Positions 31,255-41,359 of a stretch of 64,000 nucleotides of DNA are shown one piece after another. This stretch comes from an uncultured delta proteobacterium. GTDB lineage: Bacteria > Desulfobacterota > Desulfomonilia > UBA1062. The notes under the pieces were generated by a model that was not told the origin of the DNA, did no database searches, and worked only from the letters and a program-made list of their open reading frames with translations. The number at the start of each line of letters is the position of its first letter. Within the stretch, counting starts at the first letter, position 1. The DNA is taken from the NCBI GenBank assembly GCA_963798485.1, contig CAWCTR010000002.1, forward strand, positions 30,130 through 94,129, given 5' to 3'. Both the position numbers and the translations under genes were made by a program.

Positions 31255-32391
31255 TTAAAATCCTTCCATGCGGGCGATGATCTCACACATGATTTCATCA
31301 GCACCTGCGCCTATGGACATGATGCGGGAATCCCTGAAATAGCGTGAGATCAGTGTCTCATTCATGAATCCCATGCCCCCGAACATCTGAAGGCATCCGC
31401 TTGCAACCTCGGAGATCAGCTGCCCGGCAAAAAGCTTTCCCATGGATATCTCGCGGGTGACATCAAGCCCTTTCATCTTCATACGGACAATATGGTAGGA
31501 TAATTGTTTCAGGCATTCATTCTTCGTGAGCCACCCGGCCAGGCGGTGCCGCAGTACCTGTTTCGTAATGAGGGGTTTGCCGAAGACAAAGCGCTGTCTC
31601 AAATACTGAACAGTCATATCGATCATGTCGCGGACGCACACGTAGGTCCCGGGCAAGACTGCAAACCGCTCATGCTGGAACTGCTGCATCTGATAAATAA
31701 ACCCTTCCCCTTCAAAGCCTATCAAATTCTCGGCAGGTACCTTGACGTTGTCGAAAAAGAGCTCGGCCGTATCGCTGCTCCTGAGGCCCACCTTGTCGAG
31801 TTTCTTGCTTACGGAAAACCCGGGGAGATTTGTCGGCACAATAAAAAGACTGAACGAATGATACCCCGAATCATCCCCTGATCGCGCGAGCAAGGTCAGG
31901 AAGTCTGCCTGGGTGCCGTTGGTTATAAATGTTTTAGAGCCATTGATTATATAGCTGTCACCTTTCTTTACGGCCCGTGTCCTGATGGCAAAGACATCGG
32001 AGCCGGCATCGGGCTCTGTGACTGCAATGGCCGATACCATGTCGCCCGCGATAGCCGCCTTTAAATATGTCTCTTTCAGGTACTCGCTTCCATAAGCAGC
32101 AATGGCAGGTGTAGCCATATTCGTCTGGACAGCAATGGCTGTAGAAACACCCATTCCGTGGATATGCCCGAGCTCCTCGAGCAGGATGGTCTCATACCAG
32201 TAATCAAGACCCTGGCCCCCATATTGGGGGTCATAACGGATTCCTAAGAATCCGAGGTCCCCCATCTTCTTGAACAGGTCATGGAGCGGAGCAGTCTTTT
32301 CCTCCCATTCATCCATGTAGGGGTTAATTTCCTTGTCCACGAATTTTTTTATAGAAGCCCGAAAAGCCTCGTGTGTATCGTCAAAATACAT
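31255..32391 (-). CDS. Acyl-CoA dehydrogenase, AtuD/LCAD-like
   Basis: AVTEPDAGSDV, FQHERF (Glu at the LCAD/IVD position) and SIGAGADEIM; ATG at 32391 after GGAGG. Confidence 0.88.
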   Translation of the reverse strand: MYFDDTHEAFRASIKKFVDKEINPYMDEWEEKTAPLHDLFKKMGDLGFLGIRYDPQYGGQGLDYWYETILLEELGHIHGMGVSTAIAVQTNMATPAIAAYGSEYLKETYLKAAIAGDMVSAIAVTEPDAGSDVFAIRTRAVKKGDSYIINGSKTFITNGTQADFLTLLARSGDDSGYHSFSLFIVPTNLPGFSVSKKLDKVGLRSSDTAELFFDNVKVPAENLIGFEGEGFIYQMQQFQHERFAVLPGTYVCVRDMIDMTVQYLRQRFVFGKPLITKQVLRHRLAGWLTKNECLKQLSYHIVRMKMKGLDVTREISMGKLFAGQLISEVASGCLQMFGGMGFMNETLISRYFRDSRIMSIGAGADEIMCEIIARMEGF

Positions 32392-32517
32392 CCCGACCTC
32401 CCTTTTTCTCAAGCGCCGTATCTGGAGTGAACCTCTTCATCCGGCCACATGGGTAGAGTTGCGAGTACAGCGTGCAATCTCTCTAAAGCATTAATCCCTT
32501 GCAGGTTGTTGCACCTA

Positions 32518-34296
32518 TCAAGCAGGCACTATGGATTCCGGCATCTCCACAAGGCGTGCCCGCAGATATTCGCCCAGGGTCTTTGCCTGGGGGTCCATAC
32601 GGAAAGAAGCCGCTGCGCCCTCCCCCAGGATACCCTTGATATAGAAGTTCACTGCCAGCAGATTGGGCAGCTCGTAACGGTCGATCTCATAGTCCTTCAA
32701 GTCCAGGAGCATATTTTTAAGCCTTCCCGTGGTCAGAAATTTCTGAAGGAAGGCATATGCCTCGGGCGTCTTTGCCCATACACCGAGATTTGCATTGCCC
32801 CCCTTGTCGCCCGAGCGGGTTGCAAACACCCGTCCGAACGGTACACGGGTAGTCTTGCCGCCGGGTGCAGCAGGCACATCTATCGCAAGGGGCTTGGGTG
32901 CGACAAACCCTTCCACAGGCTTCACGCACTCCACAATGAATTCCTTGTCATCCACCACTATCTTCTGGTGAATCCGGCTGCTGGAAACAAGAGCAGGCCA
33001 GTACACGATTGCCGGCGTCCCCTTTGCGGGCGGCGCTGTACCGGTAAAGCCGGGGATATTGGCAAGGGCAAGTTCCACGATCTTGGACGAGATCTTGTCC
33101 ACCTTTTTCTGGTCCGGGTCGATCACGGTGATGCGCAGATATGCGAAGGCCTCCTCATTGGTATCTGGGTCATCCTTGTTGGACCGGATAAGCTGGATCT
33201 CGGCCTTCTGAAACTGCCCTTTTCCACCGATGGCATCAAAGAGTGCCTCTTCAAGGATGCGGGCCTTCTTATCGATGTCCAGTCCGGTAAGGATCACGGT
33301 CATGGAATTTCGATAGCCGCCCAGGGTGTTGATGCAGACCTTGGAAGTATCGGTTGGTGGTTCCCCCTTGACACCCTCCACCTGAACGCGATCAGGACCT
33401 TGCTGGGAGACCCTGATGGTGTCGAAGCGGGCAACCATGTCCGGGGTCAGATAGCGTGGATCGCTGATCTCATAGAGGAGCTGCGCCTTGACGGTATCAA
33501 CAGAAACGAGCCCTCCGGTTCCCGGATGCTTGGTGATGACAAAGGAGCCCTCACCATGAATTTCCGCAATGGGGAACCCCACCTTTTTGAAGTTCGGGAC
33601 CTCATCGATGAATGAATAGTTGCCGCCGGTGGCCTGTGCCCCGCACTCGATGATGTGCCCGGCCGTTGTCGCCCCTGCGAGCTTGTCCCACTCGTCCTGC
33701 TTCCATCCATGCCACCAGGCAGCAGGGCCGACTACAAGGGATGCGTCCGCTATCCGGCCACCCACCACAATATCAGCACCCTCTTCCAGGGCCTTCACGA
33801 TTCCCCAGCACCCCAGATAGGCATTTGCGGATATGACAATGGCCTTGGAATCTTTCAGGGCGATCCCCTTGTCCAGATGGGTTAAATCCTCACCGGATGC
33901 CTGGAGCTCAGCAAGGCGGGGCATGAGGTCATCCCCCTCGATATAGGCGATTCTCGGGTGCAGGCCCAGCTCGCCGGCGATGCGTGTCAGCCCGGCGGCC
34001 AGCCCCTTGGGGTTCAGTCCGCCTGCGTTCGATACCACACGGATCTTTTTATCGAGGCATTCGCCCATGATCTGCTCCATCTGCCTTAAAAAGGTCGAGG
34101 CATAGCCACCATTTACGTCCTTCATCTTGGTCCTGAAGAGGATGGCCATGGTCAGCTCTGCAAGGTAATCACCCGTGAGAAAATCAATAGGCCCACCCTC
34201 CACCATCTCTTTTGCAGCGCTCAACCGGTCGCCGAAGAATCCGCTGCAATTGGCAATGATGACCTTATCCCTGTTTTTGCGATCATTGACACCCAT
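32518..34296 (-). CDS. atuA: Acyclic terpene utilisation AtuA-family protein (DUF1446)
   Basis: IANCSGFFGDR, GDYLAELTM, GHIIECGAQATGGN, QLLYEI, RSGDKGGNAN.GV and DPQAK.LGE motifs. Confidence 0.88.
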   Translation of the reverse strand: MGVNDRKNRDKVIIANCSGFFGDRLSAAKEMVEGGPIDFLTGDYLAELTMAILFRTKMKDVNGGYASTFLRQMEQIMGECLDKKIRVVSNAGGLNPKGLAAGLTRIAGELGLHPRIAYIEGDDLMPRLAELQASGEDLTHLDKGIALKDSKAIVISANAYLGCWGIVKALEEGADIVVGGRIADASLVVGPAAWWHGWKQDEWDKLAGATTAGHIIECGAQATGGNYSFIDEVPNFKKVGFPIAEIHGEGSFVITKHPGTGGLVSVDTVKAQLLYEISDPRYLTPDMVARFDTIRVSQQGPDRVQVEGVKGEPPTDTSKVCINTLGGYRNSMTVILTGLDIDKKARILEEALFDAIGGKGQFQKAEIQLIRSNKDDPDTNEEAFAYLRITVIDPDQKKVDKISSKIVELALANIPGFTGTAPPAKGTPAIVYWPALVSSSRIHQKIVVDDKEFIVECVKPVEGFVAPKPLAIDVPAAPGGKTTRVPFGRVFATRSGDKGGNANLGVWAKTPEAYAFLQKFLTTGRLKNMLLDLKDYEIDRYELPNLLAVNFYIKGILGEGAAASFRMDPQAKTLGEYLRARLVEMPESIVPA

Positions 34297-34308
34297 GGAT
34301 ATCTCCCT

Positions 34309-35079
34309 TCATTTTCCTTTAAAGACCGGCTGTCGCTTCTCGATGAACGCCGTAATGCCTTCCAGGGCGTCCTCGGTGGAGGCCACCTCGGCGATCTTTC
34401 CGGACAGGTAGTCCAGGGCCTCTTCCAGCTTCATGCCTTCAGCTTCATGGAAGGCCTCCTTGCCGATCTTCATGCCGATGGGGCTCTTGGCCGTGAGGCT
34501 TTTCAAGACTGCGTCAATCGCATTGTCCAGCTCTCCTGCAGGCACCACCCTGGTAATCAGGCCCATGGCAAGTGCGTCGAGGGCCTTGATCCTCTCTGCC
34601 AGCAGGATCATCTCCATGGCCTTCTTCCTGGGGACATTGCGGAATATGAGGGCGCCTATCATCATGGGCCACAGGCCCACATTGACCTCGGGCGTGCCGA
34701 ATTGGGAGTCATCGCCGGCAATGACGATGTCGCAGGCGAGCATGAAACCCATCCCTCCTGCCAGGCAAAAACCCTTTACCCTGGCAACAGTAGGTTTCGG
34801 GAATGATGCAAGTCGCTTCAGGAGCTGTGCATACTTTGCAAACACCTTCTTCCCTTCAGTGGACAGGCTGTCTCCCAGCTGCGCTCCGGTGCAAAAGGCC
34901 TTTTCCCCTGCCCCGGTGACAAGCACGGCACGAACATCAGCATCTTTCTCAGCCCTGTCCAGATATTCCAGAAAAAAATGTATGGCCTCGGGGGTAATGG
35001 CATTCCTCTGCTGCTCCCGGTTAATCGTGAGATAGGCTACATTGTTTTCCACACGGTAGAGCAGGTGTTCTTCAGACAT
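34309..35079 (-). CDS. Enoyl-CoA hydratase/crotonase family protein (AtuE/LiuC-like position)
   Basis: NR....NA, AFCTGA.L, GFCLAGG and FGTPEVNVG; start MSEEHLL overlaps the BCCP stop. Confidence 0.88.
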   Translation of the reverse strand: MSEEHLLYRVENNVAYLTINREQQRNAITPEAIHFFLEYLDRAEKDADVRAVLVTGAGEKAFCTGAQLGDSLSTEGKKVFAKYAQLLKRLASFPKPTVARVKGFCLAGGMGFMLACDIVIAGDDSQFGTPEVNVGLWPMMIGALIFRNVPRKKAMEMILLAERIKALDALAMGLITRVVPAGELDNAIDAVLKSLTAKSPIGMKIGKEAFHEAEGMKLEEALDYLSGKIAEVASTEDALEGITAFIEKRQPVFKGK

Positions 35080-35593
35080 CTTTTTTCTCCTCTTCCTTCT
35101 CGATATCCACCAAGATCTGGCCGGGCATGACCTTTTCTCCCTCAGCAACATTGATCTTCAGGACCTTCCCCTTGAACGGCGCCTGGAGGGTTGTCTCCAT
35201 TTTCATGGCAGAGACCACCACAACACCCTGGCCTTTCTCCACCTCATTGCCCTCAGCCACCATGATGCGCACCACAACAGAGGGCATGGGCGGGGTGACC
35301 TCCTGGGGCAGCTCCTTAAGGCCCCTTCTGCGTGGACCCGCCTGGGCAAGGGCATCGGCATCCTGCACCAGAAAGGCGATGCCACCCACATTGATGAGCT
35401 TTCCTTCTTGATTATCTGTCAGGTAGGCGTTTACACCGACACCGTCCACATCGAGGTGTATCTGGTTTGCAGAGATAACACGGTAACGCGCGATCACATC
35501 GCGGCCGCTGATAGTGGCAGTTATTGTCCCTTCATCAGTGAAATCGGCTTGAACCGGTATGTCCTGCCCGGCGATTCGCAAGGTATAGTTCAT
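35072..35593 (-). CDS. Biotin carboxyl carrier protein
   Basis: PPMPS.VV and SAMKME biotinylation motif. Confidence 0.9.
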   Translation of the reverse strand: MNYTLRIAGQDIPVQADFTDEGTITATISGRDVIARYRVISANQIHLDVDGVGVNAYLTDNQEGKLINVGGIAFLVQDADALAQAGPRRRGLKELPQEVTPPMPSVVVRIMVAEGNEVEKGQGVVVVSAMKMETTLQAPFKGKVLKINVAEGEKVMPGQILVDIEKEEEKKDV

Positions 35594-35624
35594 CTCATGT
35601 CTCCGTTCTTAACCTCATATGCAC

Positions 35625-37118
35625 TCATGGCCTGAAATTACCCAGGGTCAGCCATGGAGAAAAGGCCTCAGTATCAGACTGGGCATCAGCAGTGGGTCTC
35701 CTGCGGTTTGCTACGGCATCCACCACATATGCCAGGGTCACAAGATCAATGCCCTGTATTAAGGGCTGCCATTGAGCAAAATGTGCTTCAATGAAGTCGG
35801 TGTATGTCTCTCCCTTGCAGAAAGCTTCGCTCGAGAGGATATCGACAAGGAACGGTATCGGCGTCAGGACACCGAGAATCACATAGTCCTTCAATGCCCT
35901 GATCATCCGCCTTATGCAATCCTGTCTGTCTTGGGCATGGACAATCAGCTTTGAAAGGATGGGGTCATACTCCACCGGAACGGTGAATCCGGAATAGATG
36001 CCGCTGTCGATCCTGATGCCCGGTCCCCGCGGCTCCTTGACGAAATGGATCTTTCCCGATGAAGGCAGGAAGGCGCTCAAGGGGTCTTCCGCATAGATGC
36101 GGCACTCGATGGCATGGCCGCGGCCCACGATATCGGCCTGTGAAAGCATCAGCTGGTTGCCTGCTGCGATCTCGATCTGCTGCCTCACCAGGTCGATGCC
36201 CGTGATCATCTCGGTGATGGGGTGTTCAACCTGAAGGCGGGTATTCACCTCAAGGAAATAGAAGCTGCCGTCCTGGTCGAGCAGGAACTCCACGGTCCCG
36301 GCATTCACGTAGCCGGAGGCCTTGGCTGCGGCGACTGCAGCCTTGCCCATATTATCCCTGAGCGTAGGCGTTAGGGCAGGTGACGGCGTCTCCTCGATGA
36401 TCTTCTGGTGCCTCCTCTGGATGGAACATTCCCGCTCCAGGAGGTGAATCGCGTTCCCGTGGCTGTCCGCCAGGACCTGGAACTCGACATGGCGGGGCTT
36501 GTCGATATACTTCTCCAGATAGATATCTCCGTTGCCGAAGGCGCTCTTTGCCTCCCTGGCCGCAGAGACGCATGCATCGGAAAAATCGCCCGGTTGCCGG
36601 ACGACGCGCATGCCCTTTCCCCCTCCCCCTGCAGCTGCCTTGATGAGTACCGGGTAGCCGATCTTGTCGGCTTCACGGGCCAGTACATCCTGATCTGCCT
36701 CTGGCTGCATCATGCCCGGAATTACGGGCACACCGCTCTTGATCATGGTACGCCTGGCATGGGTCTTGTCCCCAAGATCCCGGATCGCTCGGGCAGGAGG
36801 TCCTACAAACACCACGCCTTCCTCCTCGCACCGCTGGGCGAATAAAGGGTTTTCCGCCAGGAACCCGTAGCCCGGATGGATGGCATGGGCACCTGTCTGC
36901 TTGGCCGCGGCAATGATCTTGTCCATGTTGAGGTAGCTCTCAACAGGTTCCGAAGGTCCAAGACATACGGACTGGTCAGCCTCCAGGACATGAAGGGCAT
37001 CCCGGTCCGCCTCTGAATAGACGGCTACCGTCTTAATGCCCATTTCGCGGCATGTTGCGATGATCCGCACGGCGATCTCGCCCCGGTTGGCGATGAGTAT
37101 TTTGTCGAACATTGTCAT
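35625..37118 (-). CDS. Biotin carboxylase subunit of an acyl-CoA carboxylase (MCC/GCC-type)
   Basis: KILIANRGEIA, HPGYGFLAEN, GGGGKGMR, ERECSIQRRHQK and EVNTRLQVEHP motifs. Confidence 0.93.
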   Translation of the reverse strand: MTMFDKILIANRGEIAVRIIATCREMGIKTVAVYSEADRDALHVLEADQSVCLGPSEPVESYLNMDKIIAAAKQTGAHAIHPGYGFLAENPLFAQRCEEEGVVFVGPPARAIRDLGDKTHARRTMIKSGVPVIPGMMQPEADQDVLAREADKIGYPVLIKAAAGGGGKGMRVVRQPGDFSDACVSAAREAKSAFGNGDIYLEKYIDKPRHVEFQVLADSHGNAIHLLERECSIQRRHQKIIEETPSPALTPTLRDNMGKAAVAAAKASGYVNAGTVEFLLDQDGSFYFLEVNTRLQVEHPITEMITGIDLVRQQIEIAAGNQLMLSQADIVGRGHAIECRIYAEDPLSAFLPSSGKIHFVKEPRGPGIRIDSGIYSGFTVPVEYDPILSKLIVHAQDRQDCIRRMIRALKDYVILGVLTPIPFLVDILSSEAFCKGETYTDFIEAHFAQWQPLIQGIDLVTLAYVVDAVANRRRPTADAQSDTEAFSPWLTLGNFRP

Positions 37119-37132
37119 CTTATGTCTCTCTC

Positions 37133-38749
37133 CTACATCCTGAAGATGCCAAATCCCATTACATCATCCCTGATAGGGGCATTCAATGCGGCTGATATGG
37201 CGAGCCCCAGGACATTGCGTGTGTCCGCCGGGTCGAGGACCCCGTCATCCCATAGGTTCGATGTGCTATAGTAGGCATCGCCCTGCATCTTGGCGGCATC
37301 CACAATGGGCTTCCGAATAGCATCCTCTTCCTCGGCAGTCATTGGCGGTTGGCCTGCCTTGGCGTTCTGGTCGTTCTTCAGGGTGATGAGCACACCGGCT
37401 GCCTGCTCGCCTCCCATAACCCCGATCTGGGCATTGGGCCACATCCACAGGAACCTCGGCGAATAGGCCCTGCCGCACATCCCGTAGTTGCCCGCCCCGA
37501 AGGACGCCCCCACAATGACCGTGAATTTCGGGACCGTGCAGGTGGAGACGGCATTGACCATCTTGTGCCCGTCCTTGGTGATGCCGAGCCGTTCATACTG
37601 CCTGCCGATGATGTAGCCGTTGATGTTCTGCAGGAAGAGCAGAGGAATCCCGCGCCTGTCGCAGAGCTGGATGAACTGGGTGGCCTTGAGAGAGCTGTCG
37701 GAAAACAGAATGCCGTTGTTCCCGAGAATGCCGACGGGATAACCATGAATGTAGGCAAATCCGCACACCAGCGTGGGCCCGTAGAGCTCCTTGAACTCGA
37801 GGAACTCGCTGCCGTCCACCATTCTAGCAATGATCTCGCGGCAGTCATAGGGAACCTTGAGGTCCCTGCTCACGATGCCGTATATCTCCTTGGCATCGTA
37901 GATCGGCGGTTTCGGCTCGCGCATGGTGAGCCGTGCCTTCTCGTTCTTGGGCAAGGCCCTGACGATCTTCCTGACAATGGAGATGGCGTGGGCGTCATCC
38001 TCTGCAAAATAGTCGGAAACGCCTGACTCGATGCAGTGCACCTCTGCCCCGCCGAGCTGATCGGCGGTCACCTCCTCGCCGGTGGCGGCCTTGACCAGCG
38101 GCGGCCCGCCCAGGAATATGGCACCCGTACCCTTTACATGAACCACCTCATCGGACATGGCAGGGACATATGCACCCCCTGCCGTGCACAGCCCCATGAC
38201 CGCCGTTATCTGCGGGATGCCCATCTTGGAGATGACGGCCTGGTTGTAGAATATCCTGCCGCCGTCATCGACGTCCGGGAAGATCTCCGACTGGAGCGGC
38301 AGATACGCACCGGCCGAGTCCAGCAGGCTGACCATGGGCAGGCGGTTCTCCATGCAGATGGTCTGGCACCTAAGATTCTTTTTGACACCCATGGGATAGA
38401 CGGCACCACCTTTGATCATGGCATCGCTGGCAACTACAAATACCTCATGGCCTTCGACTATGCCGATACCTGACACAAGCCCTGCGGCATGGACCCTGCC
38501 GTCATACATGCCCCTGGCTGCCAGGGGTGCGATCTCCAGGAATGGTGTATTCTTATCAAGGAGCAGGTCGAGCTTGGTGCGTACAGGTAGTTTTCCCTGG
38601 GCCTTCAAACGGTCGATGTCCTTTTGGGGCCGCTCCTCCCTGGCCTTTTTCAGCTCTTGCTTGAGGTCTGCAACAAGGGCTTCCATGGCCTCAAAGTTCT
38701 TCCTGTACTCCTCGGACTTGGTATCGATCCTGGTCTCTATGACATCCAT
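37133..38749 (-). CDS. Carboxyltransferase subunit of methylcrotonyl-/geranyl-CoA carboxylase (LiuB/AtuC-like)
   Basis: DSAGAYLPLQ, CTAGGAYVPAMSD, GGPPLVKAATGE, GAGNYGMCGRAY.PRF and LWDDG motifs. Confidence 0.9.
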   Translation of the reverse strand: MDVIETRIDTKSEEYRKNFEAMEALVADLKQELKKAREERPQKDIDRLKAQGKLPVRTKLDLLLDKNTPFLEIAPLAARGMYDGRVHAAGLVSGIGIVEGHEVFVVASDAMIKGGAVYPMGVKKNLRCQTICMENRLPMVSLLDSAGAYLPLQSEIFPDVDDGGRIFYNQAVISKMGIPQITAVMGLCTAGGAYVPAMSDEVVHVKGTGAIFLGGPPLVKAATGEEVTADQLGGAEVHCIESGVSDYFAEDDAHAISIVRKIVRALPKNEKARLTMREPKPPIYDAKEIYGIVSRDLKVPYDCREIIARMVDGSEFLEFKELYGPTLVCGFAYIHGYPVGILGNNGILFSDSSLKATQFIQLCDRRGIPLLFLQNINGYIIGRQYERLGITKDGHKMVNAVSTCTVPKFTVIVGASFGAGNYGMCGRAYSPRFLWMWPNAQIGVMGGEQAAGVLITLKNDQNAKAGQPPMTAEEEDAIRKPIVDAAKMQGDAYYSTSNLWDDGVLDPADTRNVLGLAISAALNAPIRDDVMGFGIFRM

Positions 38750-38787
38750 TGCTTTCTCACCTCATCTTGCTTATGGATTAATCCAAA

Positions 38788-39948
38788 TTATGCCTGCACG
38801 AACCTGTCCAGCTCTGTCCGGGAGATCAATGCCCGCTGCATCTCGGATGTCCCTTCACAAATCTCTCCGAACTTGGCATCACGGTAGAGCCGTTCCATAT
38901 CGCTGCCGGTAAGGTACCCGTGTCCGGCAAGGATCTGCATGCCCCAGTTAGCGATTTTTGTTACGGCCTCACTGGCAAAGAGCTTTGCACAAGCGGCCAG
39001 TTCCTTTGCGCCGTGTTCGGAGGTATTGAGGGCCCAGGCGGCACGCAGGCCGAGCATCCTCCCCAGGTCATTGTTGGTAAACATGTCGGCCAGTTTGAAT
39101 CCGACATCCTGGTACATGCCTATGCGCCTGCCAAAGGCGATCCTGGTCTTGGCACGGTTTGTAGATACTTCCATACAGGCCATTCCGATACCGACACACA
39201 GGGCGGCAATCCCCACCGCACCCATGGTCAAGATTCTGTTCACCTGCTCATAACCCTTACCGGGAACACCGCCCAGGATTCCTGCTGCAACACAATCGTC
39301 CATGGAAACTGAAGCAATGGGGGCACCCCGCAGACCCATGGTCTCGATGGGGGCAGCCACCTTTAATCCTTCAGCACCTTTCTCCATGACGAAAATGCCC
39401 ATACCCTGCTCGGCTCCCGATTCTTTTTCATTGTATGCGAGAACCAGAAGCACATCCGCTATGGGGGCATTCACCACGAAATTTTTCATCCCGCTGATAA
39501 CCCACGAGTCACCATCTTTTCGCGCCACGGCGGCGATTGCCGCCATGTCCGAGCCTGCCTGCTCTTCAGAGTAGGCTAAAGCCCCCACCATCTCGGCCTT
39601 AAGGATGGCCGGGACATAATGCCGCTTCTGTTCAGGTGTACCAAACAGGCTCAACGCGCCGGCGCACAGGAATGTGCTTGCACGCACACTGAGGAATGTT
39701 GCCGGACATGCCCTTGCAATCTCCTCACCTACGATATAGTGCGCGATAAGGTCCAGGCTGTCGCCTGCATGCCCTGCCTCCAGCCAGCCGCCTTTTGCGA
39801 GCAGCTTCAGGTTTTCCTTTATGTATGTGCATGCATCGTCACGCGAGCTTTGGTCGAGCATCTTGGCCCGGGGCGCGATCTCGGCCTGGCAGAAGGCAGC
39901 AAGGTCCTGCTGCATAGTCACTTCTTGTGGAGAAAGCTGGTAATCCAT
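38788..39948 (-). CDS. Acyl-CoA dehydrogenase (divergent)
   Basis: AYSEEQAGSD, G.K.FV.N, R.AFGRRI and YRDAK..EICEGTSE motifs. Confidence 0.85.
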   Translation of the reverse strand: MDYQLSPQEVTMQQDLAAFCQAEIAPRAKMLDQSSRDDACTYIKENLKLLAKGGWLEAGHAGDSLDLIAHYIVGEEIARACPATFLSVRASTFLCAGALSLFGTPEQKRHYVPAILKAEMVGALAYSEEQAGSDMAAIAAVARKDGDSWVISGMKNFVVNAPIADVLLVLAYNEKESGAEQGMGIFVMEKGAEGLKVAAPIETMGLRGAPIASVSMDDCVAAGILGGVPGKGYEQVNRILTMGAVGIAALCVGIGMACMEVSTNRAKTRIAFGRRIGMYQDVGFKLADMFTNNDLGRMLGLRAAWALNTSEHGAKELAACAKLFASEAVTKIANWGMQILAGHGYLTGSDMERLYRDAKFGEICEGTSEMQRALISRTELDRFVQA

Positions 39949-39968
39949 TGTTCACCCCCTTTAAGGAA

Positions 39969-41117
39969 TTACATCATCATGATCCTAGACACGATCATGC
40001 GCATGATATCCGATGTGCCGCCGCCTATGGCTGCAAGCTTTGAATCACGGAAATTTCTTTCTACCGGATATTCATGCATGAAGCCGTAACCGCCGAAGAT
40101 CTGCACTGCATCCGATGCCATCTCGAACCCCCTGTCGCCGGCATAGACCTTGCTGACAGCCGCCTGAAGGGGGTTGAGCATCTGGCCCCTGTCCTTGGCC
40201 GAGGCGACCCGGTAAATGGCGAGCCTGGATGCCTCTACAAAGACCTTCATGTCCGCGACCCGGTGCTGGATTGCCTGGAAGCTCCTGATGGGCCGGTCGA
40301 ATTGATGCCGCTCGTTGGCATAGCGGGCGCACAGATCCAGGTTATACATCGCCGCGCCCAGCATGGGTGAAAGCAGGGTGCAACGGTCCCACTCAACGCC
40401 TGAAAGTGCAATGATCCAGCCCTTCCCTTCACCGGCCAGCACATTCTCGGCCGGAACTTCACAGTCTTCGAGAAAGATCTCGGAGGTCGCCGAGCATTTG
40501 CATCCCATCTTATGAAACGGCTTGCTCGTGGACAGCCCGGGGGTTCCTTTCTCAATGATGAAGGCCGTAATGCCTTCATGTTTTTTCGCCCGGTCTACAT
40601 TGGCAAACACGACAAAGACATCAGAGACCGGTGCGTTGGTGATGAAGGTCTTTGATCCGTTGAGGATATAGTGGTCTTTCTTTTTGGTCGCTGTGGTCCG
40701 GATGGATGCGGCATCGGATCCTGCACCCGGCTCGGTGAGGCCCATACATCCGATCCACTCACCTTGTGCAAGTTTGGGGACGTACTTTTTCTTCTGCTCT
40801 TCGGTACCGAAAGTAAAGATGTTATGCGCACACAGATAGGTATGGGCACCCCAGGCAAGCAGGCTTCCTCCGTCAACACCCGCATGCCCCAATGCCTCTC
40901 CTGCCAGGCAGCAGGTGACGATGTCGGCCCCTGCCCCTCCGAGCTCCTCGGGAAAAGGCAGCCCCAGTATCCCGAACCCCGCAAGTTTGCTCCAGATCTC
41001 GAAACTGAACTCTCCCTTGAGATCCGCCTCTTCGCACAGTGGTGCTATCTCGTCCTTGCCGTATCTAAAGACGGAATCCCTGAACATCTTCTGTTCCTGA
41101 GTAAGATTAAATTCCAT
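39969..41117 (-). CDS. Acyl-CoA dehydrogenase
   Basis: GLTEPGAGSD, NGSKTFITN, QIFGGYG and IGGGTSD motifs. Confidence 0.9.
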   Translation of the reverse strand: MEFNLTQEQKMFRDSVFRYGKDEIAPLCEEADLKGEFSFEIWSKLAGFGILGLPFPEELGGAGADIVTCCLAGEALGHAGVDGGSLLAWGAHTYLCAHNIFTFGTEEQKKKYVPKLAQGEWIGCMGLTEPGAGSDAASIRTTATKKKDHYILNGSKTFITNAPVSDVFVVFANVDRAKKHEGITAFIIEKGTPGLSTSKPFHKMGCKCSATSEIFLEDCEVPAENVLAGEGKGWIIALSGVEWDRCTLLSPMLGAAMYNLDLCARYANERHQFDRPIRSFQAIQHRVADMKVFVEASRLAIYRVASAKDRGQMLNPLQAAVSKVYAGDRGFEMASDAVQIFGGYGFMHEYPVERNFRDSKLAAIGGGTSDIMRMIVSRIMMM

Positions 41118-41148
41118 AGGAGAACCCCTTTGATATTTTTACTTAAAG

Positions 41149-41201
41149 TAAATATTACTACTCACAGTAATATTTAAACCATCGGTTAACTGCAATGTCA
41201 A
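41149..41201 (-). promoter_or_regulatory. Promoter of the catabolic operon with a probable TetR operator
   Basis: Inverted repeat TAAATATTACT-N6-AGTAATATTTA (41149-41176) overlapping the -10 region of a minus-strand TTGACA (41196-41201). Confidence 0.65.
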
Positions 41202-41359
41202 GCCCATAACATACCTGTACCGGCCATTTTGTCTGTTCTGCATAGGATCGGCCTGTAATTTCCTTGACATTCTCCATTGCCGATGTTTTATATTTAACTG
41301 TTGGTAGTTTTTTTACCTTTGGTTTTTTTCTGCATGATTATAAAGGAAAGAGGGAGCTG

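Noticed and set aside
41264-41359. N-terminal extension of TetR from TTG 41264
   Set aside because: That TTG is part of a TTGACA promoter-like hexamer; the RBS and ATG are at 41360.
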